Part shown: positions 1 through 14,400 of the stretch, piece by piece
Position numbering within the stretch: position 1 is the stretch's first letter
Layout: each line of letters begins with the position of its first letter
Origin: Veleropilina oligotropha
Lineage: Eukaryota
DNA: 64,000 nt
Assembly: GCA_048128005.1 (NCBI GenBank)
Contig: JBEUKZ010000066.1
Location: 62,001 to 126,000 of the forward strand
Direction: 5' to 3'
Translations under genes and position numbers: made by a program
The notes under the pieces: generated by a model
Databases searched by the model: none
Told to the model about the DNA's origin: nothing
The model's input: the letters and a program-made list of their open reading frames with translations, nothing else

Positions 1-1087
1 TTATGATATTTAAACATTAAAAATTGACCGGGGGAAACCTCCACGACTTCTATTCAATGGTTTCTAATGCAACCGTTCCACCAAAAATTATGTCTATGAC
101 TGAAGCGATTATCTAGTAAATATAATACATTATGCTGCATTTTAACTTGCGAATCATCAAATGAGTAGCTGATAAATGCACACAATATGTCATTTGTAGT
201 TTTCTTTCGAATGTAAATTACGTAATGAAGCGGAACCAGCCCCTTTAATTGTCACATGAATTAGAAGCCTGATAACGCCGGAAACAGCATTTCATAGCAT
301 CTAGGTTTCAAAATTTTCCAGCCCCCCTAGCACTTTCGGCGTAGAAATCTAAGATTGGCGGCATTCGATTCAGAGTGGCCATATGTATATATCTTAAAAT
401 ATAAAAAATATTTTTTTAAATTTAGTATTTTTTTGTAATTTTTTTTTTTTAAATTAAACTTTTTTATTTTTTTGTATTTTACGTCTTTTTTTTATTTCGT
501 TTATCTGATTGAAGCCCTCACAGCTGCTCGCAGCTTTAATTTTTGTTAATGTTCTGCATGTCGAATTTGGAGCACCCAATTTGTATAGCATGAAAAGTGA
601 GTTCCTTTCAGTTCTTATGATATTGTATGTAAGTTGAATGATAACTGAAAAACTTAGTTCACTCATATTGCTGATAATATGAACAAGATAGACAGAAATA
701 AAATAAAAAGGAATAATGCATACAAAAATTTTATTATATTGTTATTGTTTTCATTTAGTGAATTCAAGATTTGCTGAAAACTAAGATAAGTAATGTGTAA
801 TGAAATATAATTGTATTTTTAGGACAACTTGATTAAAAAAATGAGTGCTTGAAAACGTTATCTTATACATTAATAGGCATATCATGTGAATTTTAAACAA
901 GAAATAGTGTAAATAATACTTAGTTAGAATTTTTATGTTCAAAACAACGATATAATGGATCGCAAATAAAATATTATGCACGCGAAGAACGTTTAATACT
1001 AGCTTTTCTTGTCAATCTGATTATTTTATCCGTCATCAGAATGGCCCTAATTTGTGCCAAGTATGGCCTTAAATTTGACCTTGGCCA

Positions 1088-1285
1088 ATCTTTATGAAAC
1101 ATGTTCAAGGTTATTGCCTGGGAAAACCTGCCCATTCCAGCCAGTTACGGACAACAGCAATTGATAACTGAACAGAAAATGTCGTGTCCAACCAAGATTC
1201 GAACCCACTACTGTTAGTTAGCACAATCGAGCCATTGACTTCAGAATTGACACTCGATACCACACGACTACCGGGGTGGCCCGCT
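1088..1285 (-). mobile_element. Older diverged SINE A-related copy (others near 5437-6240, 6280-6545, 37730-37930, 39400-39540, 51570-52030)
   Basis: Shared gttcgaatc..tgttcagtta..cagttgtccgtaactgg..ggttttcc core. Confidence 0.65.
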
Positions 1286-2308
1286 GAACTGGAGAAACGA
1301 GTACCAATAATCAGAAAAAACATTAAAGTTGGTCAGAATGACTCGAGTTCATTTCGTGCTAGCATGCCTTATTCTAACACTAACAGAAGGGATGTCATAG
1401 AATCCCGTTACCCATGATCCTTCGATTGAAGACTAAATCAAGGTTTCAGCTTTAGACATGAGTTGATTGATGACTGAAAAAGTGTTAAAATGTGGTTGTA
1501 AAACTAAACTGATTCAAATCATCGCATTGGTGATCAAGATGGCGTTCATGGCACTAAACTGTTATGAAAGCCCCATTCTTACAAAACGGAGCAGAAAGCA
1601 GTCCACCAGAGACGCTCAGGGCCACGGTAACGTTGTTCTCCAGATGAATCTACTGAGGATGCCAAATCCTTGCAACATGCTCTAGAACAAGTAGAAGACA
1701 TGAGATGATAGAAACGACCATGTGCTACCGATGACGTATTACAAAAACAAAACCAAGCATTTCGTACAATCACCTTCACAGTTACAAAGTTTAACCTATC
1801 CGTTCTCCTGAAAGGCAACAAAAAATATTGACAGGACACTATTAACTAATAGCACACAACCTTTATATAATCTTGTGGATCATATTTTTGGCTTTTGGAC
1901 TTAGAAATTTTCATTAAAGAGTTTTTAGCTAAAGTTTCTCAAGCATGCTATATATGCAACAATGGGCATACTTTGGCATAGTTCTTTGTCAGATATCACT
2001 ATTTCGTTGTCATCTACCCTAGAGTAGAAATATTGAAAGCAACTTAATTGAAATTTTGGATATAAATAGCCATTTTGGACTGAATTTTTTTTCTCTTGAT
2101 ACAACTTTTTAAATGCTTTATATGTCTATTTCAAATTGACAATGTCATCTGCATGCGAGCCATTTCGAGCTTTTGCTCTTTTAGCAAAAGACACACTACC
2201 TTTAATAGCTTGTTTCCATAAATGGAAATTAAAGAATTGGAATGTTCAGCAATAAATCGAAAAATATAATATTTTTATACTAATTTTAGATGAGAAAGAA
2301 ATCTCATC

Positions 2309-2483
2309 ATGCTGAAAAGACCAACATCGGACGACACAGAAGAGGATTTGTTAAAATTTCAAGAAAAATTCTTGAAGGACCCACCCAAAGCATCGGCAAG
2401 CTTGATCAAGCATCAAGGAAAACGACATTTGAATGACCAACAGCATTCACAAGATGCCGACAAAGATATTGTGCAAATGGAAG
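2309..2483 (+). CDS. RPAP1: RPAP1 coding exon 1
   Basis: [22 protein letters not shown]...; acceptor tttag ending 2289; donor AAG|gtctgt. Confidence 0.85.
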
Positions 2484-5400
2484 GTCTGTATTAAGTTGAT
2501 AACAATATTTGTACTTAAGTTAATGTTTTTTTCAGTCCATCTTTTAAAATCGTTTTACGTAAATTTTGATTGAGTTATATATAATATACAGGGCTAGAAA
2601 TAAGCTTGGTCTTACACCAATAAAAATTGTTGAAAACCAGTGATTTTTAACACATGGTGGACCAGTTGGCCATTGAATTTTACAATACCATGTTACATGT
2701 ACATATACTATGAATTATTATCGCACACGTTAGTTAATAGATGTATGTTATTGATCATAACTTCATGACCAGTACATTTTAAATTTGACCAGTGTTTAAA
2801 ATTCCCGTTGGACCAATTGTTTTAAATTTGTATTTTTAGCCCTGATAATAGTGATATAAATAGAGAATATTTGAAAGCATATAGTAAGTTTTTTCAATAA
2901 TCTATTTGATGGAGCATTTCACATTTAAAAACTACATTTAATGCTCATTGTCTCGATGACTGACGGCTGCTTTTCAGGATTACCAAGTGAGGCTCCAAAG
3001 TCAGAAAACTTGCCGCCTGTGAAAAAGTCCAGGTTCCATCAAGAACGTGGATCTAGATCAACTGCGGCAAAAGATGATGATGACCCAGAGGAAAAACTTG
3101 ATAGTAAGCATGTATATATATATATGCCAATACCGAATGGGAAAGGACATATTGTTCGGTACCTTACTGCATGTCCTGTGTACACAGTCACACGACAACG
3201 TTTTGGTTAAACGTTTTTATGCCCCCATCAATTTATTGGGGGGAATTTTGATTTACCCTTTTCCGTCCGTCCCAAAAACCAGTATTTTCGTGCAAGTAAC
3301 TCCATTCTGCTATAACTTCCATCTGCCTTTATGGATTGACATGATATTTCATACACTTGCTTATCATCATTCATACTTCCCACGGCCGCTTCGGTAGCGC
3401 AGTGGGTAGAGTGTCCACTCTAAATTCACTGGCTTGTTTCCGCTGATGTGAACAGTAGTGGGATCGACCCCCGGCTGAGGCAGCACACATTTGTTCAAGT
3501 TATGAAGCACAGTTGTCCGTGACTGGTCGAAGAGGGCGGGTTTACCCGGCGACCGGGGTTTCCTCCCGCGATAACACGGACATGTCCTGCCTTGAACCTC
3601 GATGTTATAAATATACAGGACATTAAGCATAATTCCTCCTCCTCCTCCTCATACTTCCTATCTGCGACGCACTCTTGTTGCCCGTATATCCAAGGTCAAA
3701 TGACTTAGCTCTTCTGCAATTTGCTTCCCCTATGGTCAAGGCAGCCAGTCCCATGGACACATTTCTAGTTTATTGAGTGCTTATGGTTTAATCAAGAAAC
3801 TTTTAGCATATACATGTATATGCTTTAGTATTAGTTATATGGACGTCACCTGATACTCTGGCAGTGATGTTGAATGAAAAATAATATATTAGAAAGATTG
3901 AAATTATGCTGTGTTGTCCATTAGCTATACTAGTACCGTCAGTTGTCTGTACATGTATAACATTGGTTGAGACATGAGCCTATAGTTGGAATTATTTTTG
4001 CAAATTTGATTTGTTTACCGTATTCGTAAACAATAATCTCGGATTTCCCTTGCATTCATCATTTTATATGTATCTTTTTACAGAACATGATAAACATGTC
4101 ACAGTAATTCTGGAAAAGATAATTGTAAGTATATATATGCATATTGAACATACATCTAGCGTCTAGTAAAAGAAATATTAACTAGAAATAAATGCAATTT
4201 ACTCTTTGTTTCTCTGTTTGTCTGTCGTTGCTGTTTGTCTATATTTCTATAGATTACTGATGTTGACTTAGGTAAATAGTATCTACTATGAAATAAAAAG
4301 AGAACTTTTAATATATATATGCAAATAACCCAAAATATTATATTCAATGCAGCTGTATTTGATCACATTGGCCTCAGAATTGAGCTAGTCAGGTTGAAAT
4401 CCCCACGTCGTCTCAAGTACGCAATCTTGGTGTTATTTTGAAACAAGATATTAGCATGTCTGCTAATATTAATAAGATCTGCGCATCCGCTTTCATCGCA
4501 ATAAAAAAGATCGGAAAGATTCGCCATTACCTCGACAATGAGAGTACCGAGAAGCTGATACATGCCTTTATTACCTCTCGGCTTGACTACTGCAACAGTC
4601 TACTATACGGTCTACCTGCCTCTGATATAAAAAAGCTCCAGCGAATTCAAAATACAGCCGCAAGACTAGTCACTCGAACAAAACCAAGACAACACATAAC
4701 CCCTATTCTGATCCAACTACATTGGCTACCCGTAAAGCAAAGGATAGATTTTAAAATCCTTCTAACTGCGTATAAGGCACTGCATGGTTTAGCTCCTGCC
4801 TATATATCTGAGCTTATTCATAAAATGGAACCAAACCGAAGATTACGCTCAAACATCAAAACACAACTTCTACCATTCAAAACAACAACAAAATCGTATG
4901 GTGAACGATCCTTTTCTGCTGCTGCACCAATGTTATGGAACTATCTACCAACCGACATCCAGAATGCCACAACGGAGAATTCGTTCAAATGTAAACTGAA
5001 AACATTTTTATTCCCGAAGTCAACTACCAGTCTTATATCTGCTCGATCAACATAGTTTCTTTTTTAACCTTTAGCAATATAACTGTAGCCTACTCATTTC
5101 AAAATAATTTTTACACTTTTAATTTTGACTTTTTATTCTTAAATTATTTTACAATACCTTATACTACGTAGATGACTTGGTTTTAATTTAATACATTTAA
5201 ACTTTCTGTATGACGAATTTTTGTTTTTAACTTAGTCGTTTTATATTTTAAATGTTGCTATGATATATATTTTATAGTTTGTATGTCTTTTAGCATGTTT
5301 AGCATTTTATTCATGTAAACAGCATTGAGACGGTTTGTGTAATGCGGTTTTAAGAACAGTTTATTATTATTATTATTATCCTCTGAAAATGAAAACGGAA

Positions 5401-8400
5401 AGTGATTATGTTATTTCATCACATGAATTCAAGTGTCCGTCCGGTGGTGTAATGGTTAAGGGCGTGGTTCCCAATCCACTTACTTGGCTGCTTCCAGTCG
5501 CGAGAGAGTGTTCAAATCCTCACTAGTCACTGTATTCAGGTACTGTAAACCCCTATATTTTAGCGGCCATAAAATTTAGCGATTTCTCATATACCTGTAT
5601 ATTAGCGGCCTTGTAAATTAGCGATTTTGGCGCTCTTTCGGTACTTCCCCCACAGCTCCGGCTTTTACTCAACTTTGGAAATCCGGTTTTTCATCTCCGA
5701 CTTTGGACGCGTCGTTAATGTTAAATCCATGGGGGACTAGCTACAGGTGAACCTCGGTCAGTCCAGGCTCACGGGGCGGTCTGGTGTATATACGTTTGTA
5801 AAGCCATACAACAACGTACCCATCACGTGTATCTTATCGCAACCTGCATTTGCCTTTAGTAGCAGATAATACGCGGAGTGTGCAAATTTAAGACGAATAC
5901 AAGCCGGAGCTGTGGGGGAAGTACCGAAAGAGCACCGCGATTTTTAATCCATATGTTAATTGAGCTTGATTCCATAAAATATTTCATGGCCTTTTATTTT
6001 CGCGATAATATTAGGTACGCGAAACTCGCGAAAATAAAGGCACGCTAAAATATGGGGTTTTACAGTAACAGTCACTGTTTTCCACATATGGTTGGTGCTT
6101 GTCAGTTCGCCGAGCGACTGCGCATTCGTCCCGGGATAATATGGTCATAATCTGGTTTGACCCTGAAGGTTGCTAAATGATACACCAAGCATGTCCCGGT
6201 TTTCAAGTCTGGACATGACTGCATGGGTTTGAGATAATTATGTCTATCACCTGATAAGACTTTGATCGGTAATATAAATGATAAGAGTGTGACTTTCCAA
6301 TTAGCAGGAATAGGTTCGAATCCTCAGCTGGGTACCGCGTCCAGTTTTCACTTTCAGTGACAATTTTCCACAACTGTCGTGTTATTGTGGGTTTTCCTTG
6401 ATGACTGGACTGTCAGTTCTCCCATGATAATGTGGTGTTCTCCCATGATAATGTGGTGTTCTCCCATGATAATGTGGTGTTCTCCCATGATAATGTGGTG
6501 TTCTCCCATGATAATGTGGTGTTCGGGTACATTAGCATCAATCCAACCAAAATACTAGGCAATTTTGAGTTATATGAATAATAATATTGTGGCTCAGTGA
6601 GTTGTTCACAGGACTCTGGTGGCAGAGCACCGTGTTCGCCCCCGCTCTCGGCGACTTCCCTTGGGCAAGGAAGTAACCATATATTTGCCTCGGTCCACCC
6701 AGCCGATCTAATTGGCTACATGGTTGATGTGTTATTTAATCATAGCACTCACTAATGGCAGCTTTATTTTAATACTCTCAGAGAGAGCAGAGATGGATTC
6801 ATGATCAGAACAGGCCGATGAAAACCAGGGATAATATATAATGTCTGCGCTTAGAGCATGTTTATACATGGAATACAGCACATTATAAATGGACTGTTAT
6901 TATATTATTATTATTATGTTCTATGGTTAATTATCGTGATATTATCTCCAATCTTTCCTGCAGGAACGTGACAACCTATCAATGAAAACTCATTTCCAGC
7001 AGCATGCCATTCACGGATTCCCAGTGGCGCTTCATAGAGGAACCGAAACAAAGGTAATTAATCATTATTCAAAGAGATGTTTTTAGTTTTTGTGCATTTT
7101 ACTGAATAAACGAGTACATACGATGAAATTTGTCTTCACAAGTTGAAATCAGACACTTGTTTATCTTAGGCATCAACAAAACCAGGGAAGAAGAAGAGCA
7201 TGTTTGCACAACAATTTGCAAAATCGAAAGCATCTGATTTTGGACTAACTGGAGAAGATCTAAGGGAACACTGTGAGAAAGATGAAAACAAAAGAGAAGG
7301 AATGGAGATATCACCAGGCAATGATGGTACAGTATCATCAGATTAGATTAAAACATCATTTATCATTTTGCTGGCTGTTCCGAAGGCTAAAGAGCATATT
7401 GTTTCTGTACTGTTTGCAATTTCCGTTAAAGTATTTATTGAGTTTATATTGATTGTTGAGCAAGCGTTTTGGCACATACATTATGTCATGCATGTTATAT
7501 GGATGTCATCCGATACTTTGGCATTGATATTGAATGCAATTATTACAAATACAGTATGAAATTGGTGTCTTTCGACATATTCAATAACGACATGTGCATG
7601 GTTTTCTTGAGGCTGTTTTTGTGTACATATGCACTGGTTTTGACTATATTTATGCCAAATGATAATTCTGACAGTTATATTATATGGCATTAATATAATT
7701 AGCCGTGCATTTGGGCTGTCTTGTGACCTGCCACAACATGTTTTCAGTTTAATTGTAAAATGTATGATGATATTTGTATTATTAGAATTTTCTTGGAATT
7801 ATGAAGACATTGAAAATGGCTTAAAGTTTTGCAAACATGAATTTATTATAGAAAATAGTAATTTATACCTACCTCCCCCCCCCCCCCCCCCTCCTCCCAG
7901 TTTAATAAAAAATATACATTTTGAATAGCTTGTTCAAATATGTAATACTTTTCAAATGTCTTATAACACTGTTGTATGAATAGCAAGATACATTTTATAA
8001 TAGTTTTTCATTTTGCTGTGAATTGATTTTAAAATTAGTTATTTTCATTCTGGATGTGAATCAAAGTGATTGTATTCAATTTAGTATTCATTTGTTCTTA
8101 ATTGCATTGGTAATGCATGCATTTATTGATTTGAGAGTATTTTCAACATTTTTAGGACTGCCGTCTGTTGAAGGCATTGAGGGCGAAACACTGCACTCAG
8201 GTGATGCAAAGCAAATCCATGATGAAAACCTGTCTACGCTGAGCGGTATGACAGAAGAGGACATTCTCTCAGAACAACGGAAGCTATTGGAAACTTTAGG
8301 TAAAATTTGAGTATGATCTTTGATTATTTAGAGTGATATTGAATTAATAATTACTGATGAACTGACTAACGGAGCAATGAATGAATGAATATGAAGAATT

Positions 8401-11400
8401 ATATTCATGAAACTCTCAGCATTTTACTCTCTAAACAAGAAATTTTGTATTAAACAAAATTGTTCTCAATAATATTTTAGGTTTTACCATTATTATGTAT
8501 TTTCATATTGTCGTATAACTATTTTGTCATGTTCAGCAATGTTATTTGCAGATCCAAAACTGGTAGAATTTTTGAAAACAAAAAGGACCAAAGGCAGTGG
8601 TGATGCCCCAATGTCTAAGATGTCAGCTGCTGTATCAGATCAGAAACCAGTTATGAAAGAACCGGACAGGGATATGGAGGTCACGATTGGTATTAACTTT
8701 ACTGTCTCTTTGACATAAATTATGTCTCCCCATCCAAAGGATGAGAGAGACATATTGTTTTACACTCTGTTCTCCTTCTTCCTCACTTTTCTTGTCCAGG
8801 CGGCCGCTTCGGCAGCGCAGTGGCTTGATTCCGCTAGTGCGAACAGTAGTGGGTTCAATACCTGGCTGAGGCATTGACATTTGTTCAAGTTATGAATCAC
8901 AGTTGTCCGCGACTGGCCGAAGAGGGCGGGTTTACCCGGGCGACCGGGGTTTCCTCCCATGATAACATGGACATGTCGTGCCTTGAACCTCGATGTTGTA
9001 AATATACAGGACATTAAGCATCATTCCTCCCTTCTTGTCCAGGCTAGATCTCAGGTCCTATACATACCAGCATTATTTCCTTTGGTATGTTCAATCGTCC
9101 AAGCATGCCATTGTGCTTTTTGGCAAAATTTTACGAAAATGACTTTCGACCTTGACCTAATGACCTTTGACCTCGAAATCGTGTCCAGCCTGGTTCTCGG
9201 AGATGTCAAATGTTGTCCTTCTAATTATTTTGTAGATGCATGGCCCACACTTCAAGCATGCGCAGGGCGCAACAAATTTGCACCTTTCACCTTGGCACTG
9301 TGACGATCAAGTTTCCATATTTGGGCATTTTTATATTTTATTTTCTTATTTTATTCACCATATTTTTTCCTTAGGGTGAGTACATTATAAAACAATGTTC
9401 AATTTTGTTGTTCCGTCAAAAGGTCAAGGTCACAGAGGTCAAAATGTACTTTCCTGACACACACCTTGTCCGGATTAGATCTCTGGTTCTGTACATGCCA
9501 GCATGATTTCCTGTGGTGTGCTAACCCCCCTTAACATGCCATTGTGCAAGGCGGCGTAATTTTCCGAAAATGACCTTCGACCTTGCCGTAATGACCTTTG
9601 ACCCCTAAATCGTGTCCGGCCTCATTCTCTGAGATTTCAAATCTTATCCTTTTAATTTCTTTGTAGATGCATGGCCCACACTTCAAGCATGTGCATGGTG
9701 CTAAAATTTTGCACTTTTAACCTTTGACCTTGGCATTGTGACCTTGATGAAAAATATCCATATTAATTTTGGGAATTTCTATATTTTATTGTTTTCTTAA
9801 TTTTTTTCCACCAAATTTTTCCCTAAGGGTAAGTGCATTGTATAACAATGTTCAGTTTTGTTGTTTGGTCAAAGGTCAAGGTCACAGAGGTAAGAATGTA
9901 CTTTAAAGAACAGACTTTGTTCGGCCTATATCTCAGATCCTATACATGCCAGCATATTTCCTTTCATATATTATTCACCCCTTACATGACATTGTGCAAG
10001 GCGGTGAAATTTTCTAAAAATGACCTTTCACCTTACCGTAATGATCTTTAATTTCATCCCCACATCGTGTCCGGGCTTGTTCTTCGAGATTTCAAATCGT
10101 ATCCATCCTTTGATTTATTTGTAGATGCATGGCTTACATTTCAAGCATGTGCAGGATGATAAAATTTTGTGTTCCCTTATTGATTTTCAATAATTTGTGA
10201 CTTTTGGAACTTCATGAGGGTCCGAGTGTGGAATGATTTCTCTCAAACAGGGAGACATATGTTTTTGTTCACACAAAAACAACTCCTCTAGTTATTGATA
10301 AATTTGTATATTTGTTGTTCGCATTTTTGTCATATTTTTCCAACAATTTTAGCATACCAGCATTGAAATGCAAATTGCGTGCAGTTACACGTAGTCTAAT
10401 GTTTGACTTTTACATGAAGAAGCTTTATCCATATGGCTGTGCGTACATTAGTAATGTAAACTATATACATCTGAAGATCAAATCTACCATCAAAGAATCT
10501 CAGTTTTGAAATTATTTTTATGCCCGCGCCGAAGGCGAAAGGGCATATTGTTTCTGTACCGTCCGTCGTCCGACTTCAACAATTTGGTTCGTTTTTCGTT
10601 GAGTGTATATGGGTTGTCCAAGGGACTTTTTAGTGTATATATGCTTTGTTATAGGTTATATGGATATCATCTGATACTCTGGCAATGATGTTTAATAAAA
10701 TTTTATATATTTAATGAAAATATGATGGTCTCTTTGGACATAGAAGTTTAGGTGAATTTGGGGTAAAAGTTTTTGGTTAAAGTTTTTTGTGTCTGCTCTA
10801 CCGTGAAAAGTTCTTATCCGATTTGATTCAAATTCGGTATGCACGTTCATTATGATGAGATCACACCGCCTAACTATTTTGTCGTTTTCAGATTGAAGAT
10901 GGCCGCCGTGATGGCCATTTTATTTTAAGATATTTCTTGTGTGAGCTCTATAGTGAAAAGTATGAATATGGTATGAACGTTCGATATGATGAGGACACGC
11001 CATTTTCAGATTCAAGATGGCCACCGTGGTGGCTATATTGTTTTGAAGGTATATCTTCTGTGAGCTCTATAGTGAAAAGTTCTTATCCTATTTCATTCAA
11101 ATAAGATATACACTTTTGGTAGGATGAGGACATTACACCTATCGATTTTAACCATTTTCGGATTGAAGATGGCCGCCCTGTTATCCATTTTGTTTTGAAT
11201 AGATTTATTGTGTGCACTTTACAATGAAAAATTCGAATCCTATTGAATTCAATTTGGTGTGCATATTGATGAGTTAAGATGAGGACATGCCGCCTAACGA
11301 TTTTCGTTGTTTTATTAAAGATGGCCGCCATGGTGGCCATTTTGTTTCGAAGAGGTTTTCTTGTGTGCGCTCTATAGTGAAAAGTTATTATCCGATCTCA

Positions 11401-14400
11401 TTCAAATTTGTTATGGATGTTAGTTATTATGAGGATTGAAGATAGCCACCGTGGTGTCCATTTTGTTTTGAAGAAATTATTGTGTGCGCTATACAGTGAA
11501 AAGTTCTCAACCAATTTGATTCAAATTTGGTTTGTTTCTAGAGATTTGCATTCTGTTTGAGGTTTTATCAATGAGTGCATTACTGCATACTGATTCATAC
11601 ATGAGCTTTGCTGTTGGCCACCTTTTTCTCTGCCAGTTTATTTATGGAATTTAGTATAACATATTAAGCCACCACGTGGGCATTCTTGTAACGTTTTTTT
11701 ATGCCACCACCAATTTATTTTGGTGGCATTTAGATTTACTCTTGTCCGTCCCGTCCGTCCGTCCCATCCCGTCCGTCCCGAAACCAGTATTTGCGTGTAA
11801 GCAACTTTGCGTGTAAGCAACTCCAATCTGCTATAACTGCTATTTGCCTTCATGGATTGACTTGATACTTTGTACACTGCCCCTATGGTCAAGGCTGCCA
11901 GTGGGGGCATCCGTGTCCGATGGACACATTTCTAGTTAGTTCTGTTTTCACAATTGCTTGGACATTTTCTACTTCAAAGTGTCTTTCATGAATGCTATTT
12001 AATGGTATTGGATGTGATGGTAATTACCAATTGCAAATGGCTGATTTATATGCAATCTGTGTGTTAGTATTTAATAAAACCTGTAAATATGCATTTTTCG
12101 ACTATTACAATAAATTAAACGTAATATCTAGATAATTTACTGGAATATTGTTACCAACAACATTCTTAAGAAAATAATGCATTTAATACTTTAGATCCTA
12201 AAGACCTTCCTGTTAAACCAAACAAAGAATGGGTACACATGGACAAGTTGGAATTGGACAAACTCACATGGATGAAGGATTTGCCGCTCCCATCGGCAGA
12301 CAACAATAAAGTTAGTGTTGACTATTGTTGTTAATTGTTTACCTTATAAAAAGAATCATCCCTGATGGTTCAACAGGTGGAGCTTCAGAATAAGCGTAAA
12401 ATGTGATGACAGCATGCTGGTTTGATTCCTGCACCAACGCGGTTTATCCTAACTCTCTACTTCAGTTTTTAAAAGGCAAATCTTTAAATTTCTTATCACA
12501 GAAATTGTGTTACAAAAGTTTCTTGTATTTGATTAAATGATATACAATTTAATTAGCGACATTCTTTTAATAAAAATTACTTTTCGTGTTCTTGTCCATA
12601 AGTTAGTTTTCTGTAATACTTATTTTCAGACTGGTCAGCAAGCTCGCTTTGATTTCCATGGCAACCTGATGGCTGCCGATGCTGATATACCAGTGAATGT
12701 TGGATTACATCATCATGGAGATGAACCTGAGGTCATATTTATATTTTAGTGAATAATATCCTTAAATATTAGTCAGATACACCATACACCTTGCATGTTG
12801 TGATTTAAACCACTGGTTTGGGAACCATTGAATTGCGTTTCTATTTCTTACTATCACTATTAATGGTTTCAAGTGCCATATTAATTAAAGCACTTAATCC
12901 TGTGCCACATCACATCATTATGCATTGGAATTATGTATGCAGATCTGCAATAAATACCTGCTTGCAACCGTCTGAGATGCCAAACTGTGAGTCAACTGTC
13001 TATTTTGGGATTGAGACCCCCATAGAAGAATATTTGGTGATATAACATTGTGAAATGGCTCCTAAGCTTAAGAATGATATATTGGAAAGAAAATTAACAT
13101 TTGACGAGTCCTCAGATAGATTAGGAGGCTGAAGATTGATTTTGAGAGTCGTAATAATCAGGAATCGCCTGGTCGGATCGGGAGTGGTGGCTTGTTTGCT
13201 TTGGAACATTTAATCGGTAGCTATATGATTCTTAATATCATTATTCCTGTTTTCAGAGAGCTGGTTACTCACTGGAGGAGCTGTTTCAGCTGACTCGCAG
13301 CGCTAATACCCAGCAGCGAGTCATTTCCCTGAACACCCTGGCCAGCATTATCCAAAAGGTGCGTTATTTGCTGTTGTGTGAATTCTCCACTCTGATTGGC
13401 TGACATCATTTAACAGTTAACGAAAAGGTCAATTATCATGAATTGTGGTGAAAGTCATAATAATTTATTTTTTCTATAATGTTTCGGTCAGGATTTGTTG
13501 TATTGTTGTAACATCTCCATTCACAAGTCGAAGTACTCCATTTCGTTAAAACTGCTACGGCGGGTGAATGGATGGCACATCAGATACTCATCCGAGACAG
13601 CCAGGAGGACCCGGGTTCGATGCCAGCCGGCGGCGTATTCTACCACGTAAAATAATAGATCGTAAGATGGTATATCACTAAATATACGTCATTCAGATCG
13701 GAGTGAGACCAAAAACCGGGTGTCTCGACATGCGTTAAGGCTGAAAAATTGCCAAAATGATCGTAAAACATAGTTACCAACCAACCATTGTGTTAATTTT
13801 AAACATCAAAAGAATCCACATTTATGTTTGACACTAGCCTGTTCAACCTAGAGCTAGGTAATATTATCCTGCTGGGTCTAGGACCATCTACATTTGACTC
13901 ATTAAATATTTTTAAACATATCATCATTCATATGATTATACTTATTATTCATCATCAATTCGCTTTTCAGGCCAAGCAGCACTGCTTCGACGACCTGACT
14001 CAGGGCCCCATCTTCCCTTCACTCTTGGATGCCGGCCTTCTCTTCATCCTCCGCTGGGCTCTCGACGACTCCATAGACCTGGTCATTGTGGCCGCTCTAA
14101 ACTGCCTGTGTGCAGTGCTGGTTAATCCTGCTGACCAGGTGAGATTTATGAGGCTGCTGTACATGTAGACTACGTGCATGCAGTACTCGTTGATCCTGTC
14201 GAAAAGGTAATATTCATACGGAAATTAAGTTGAAAGTTATCACCAAATTTTACAGGCTTCTCTCGGGTGTACAGTAGTAAAACAAATACTCAATATAAAC
14301 TGATGTATGACATGTTTTTGTGCATTTACTTGATTTATGCAAATGACAAGAGATTTACTTTATGAATTTTAATAGTTTAATGATGCTTTAATGATATGCT

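Noticed and set aside
4438..5055. 205-aa ORF as a host gene
   Set aside because: C-terminal fragment of a LINE ORF2 within an intron
6416..6524. Short direct repeats resembling a CRISPR array
   Set aside because: Contiguous 21-bp units with no spacers, no cas genes, eukaryotic context
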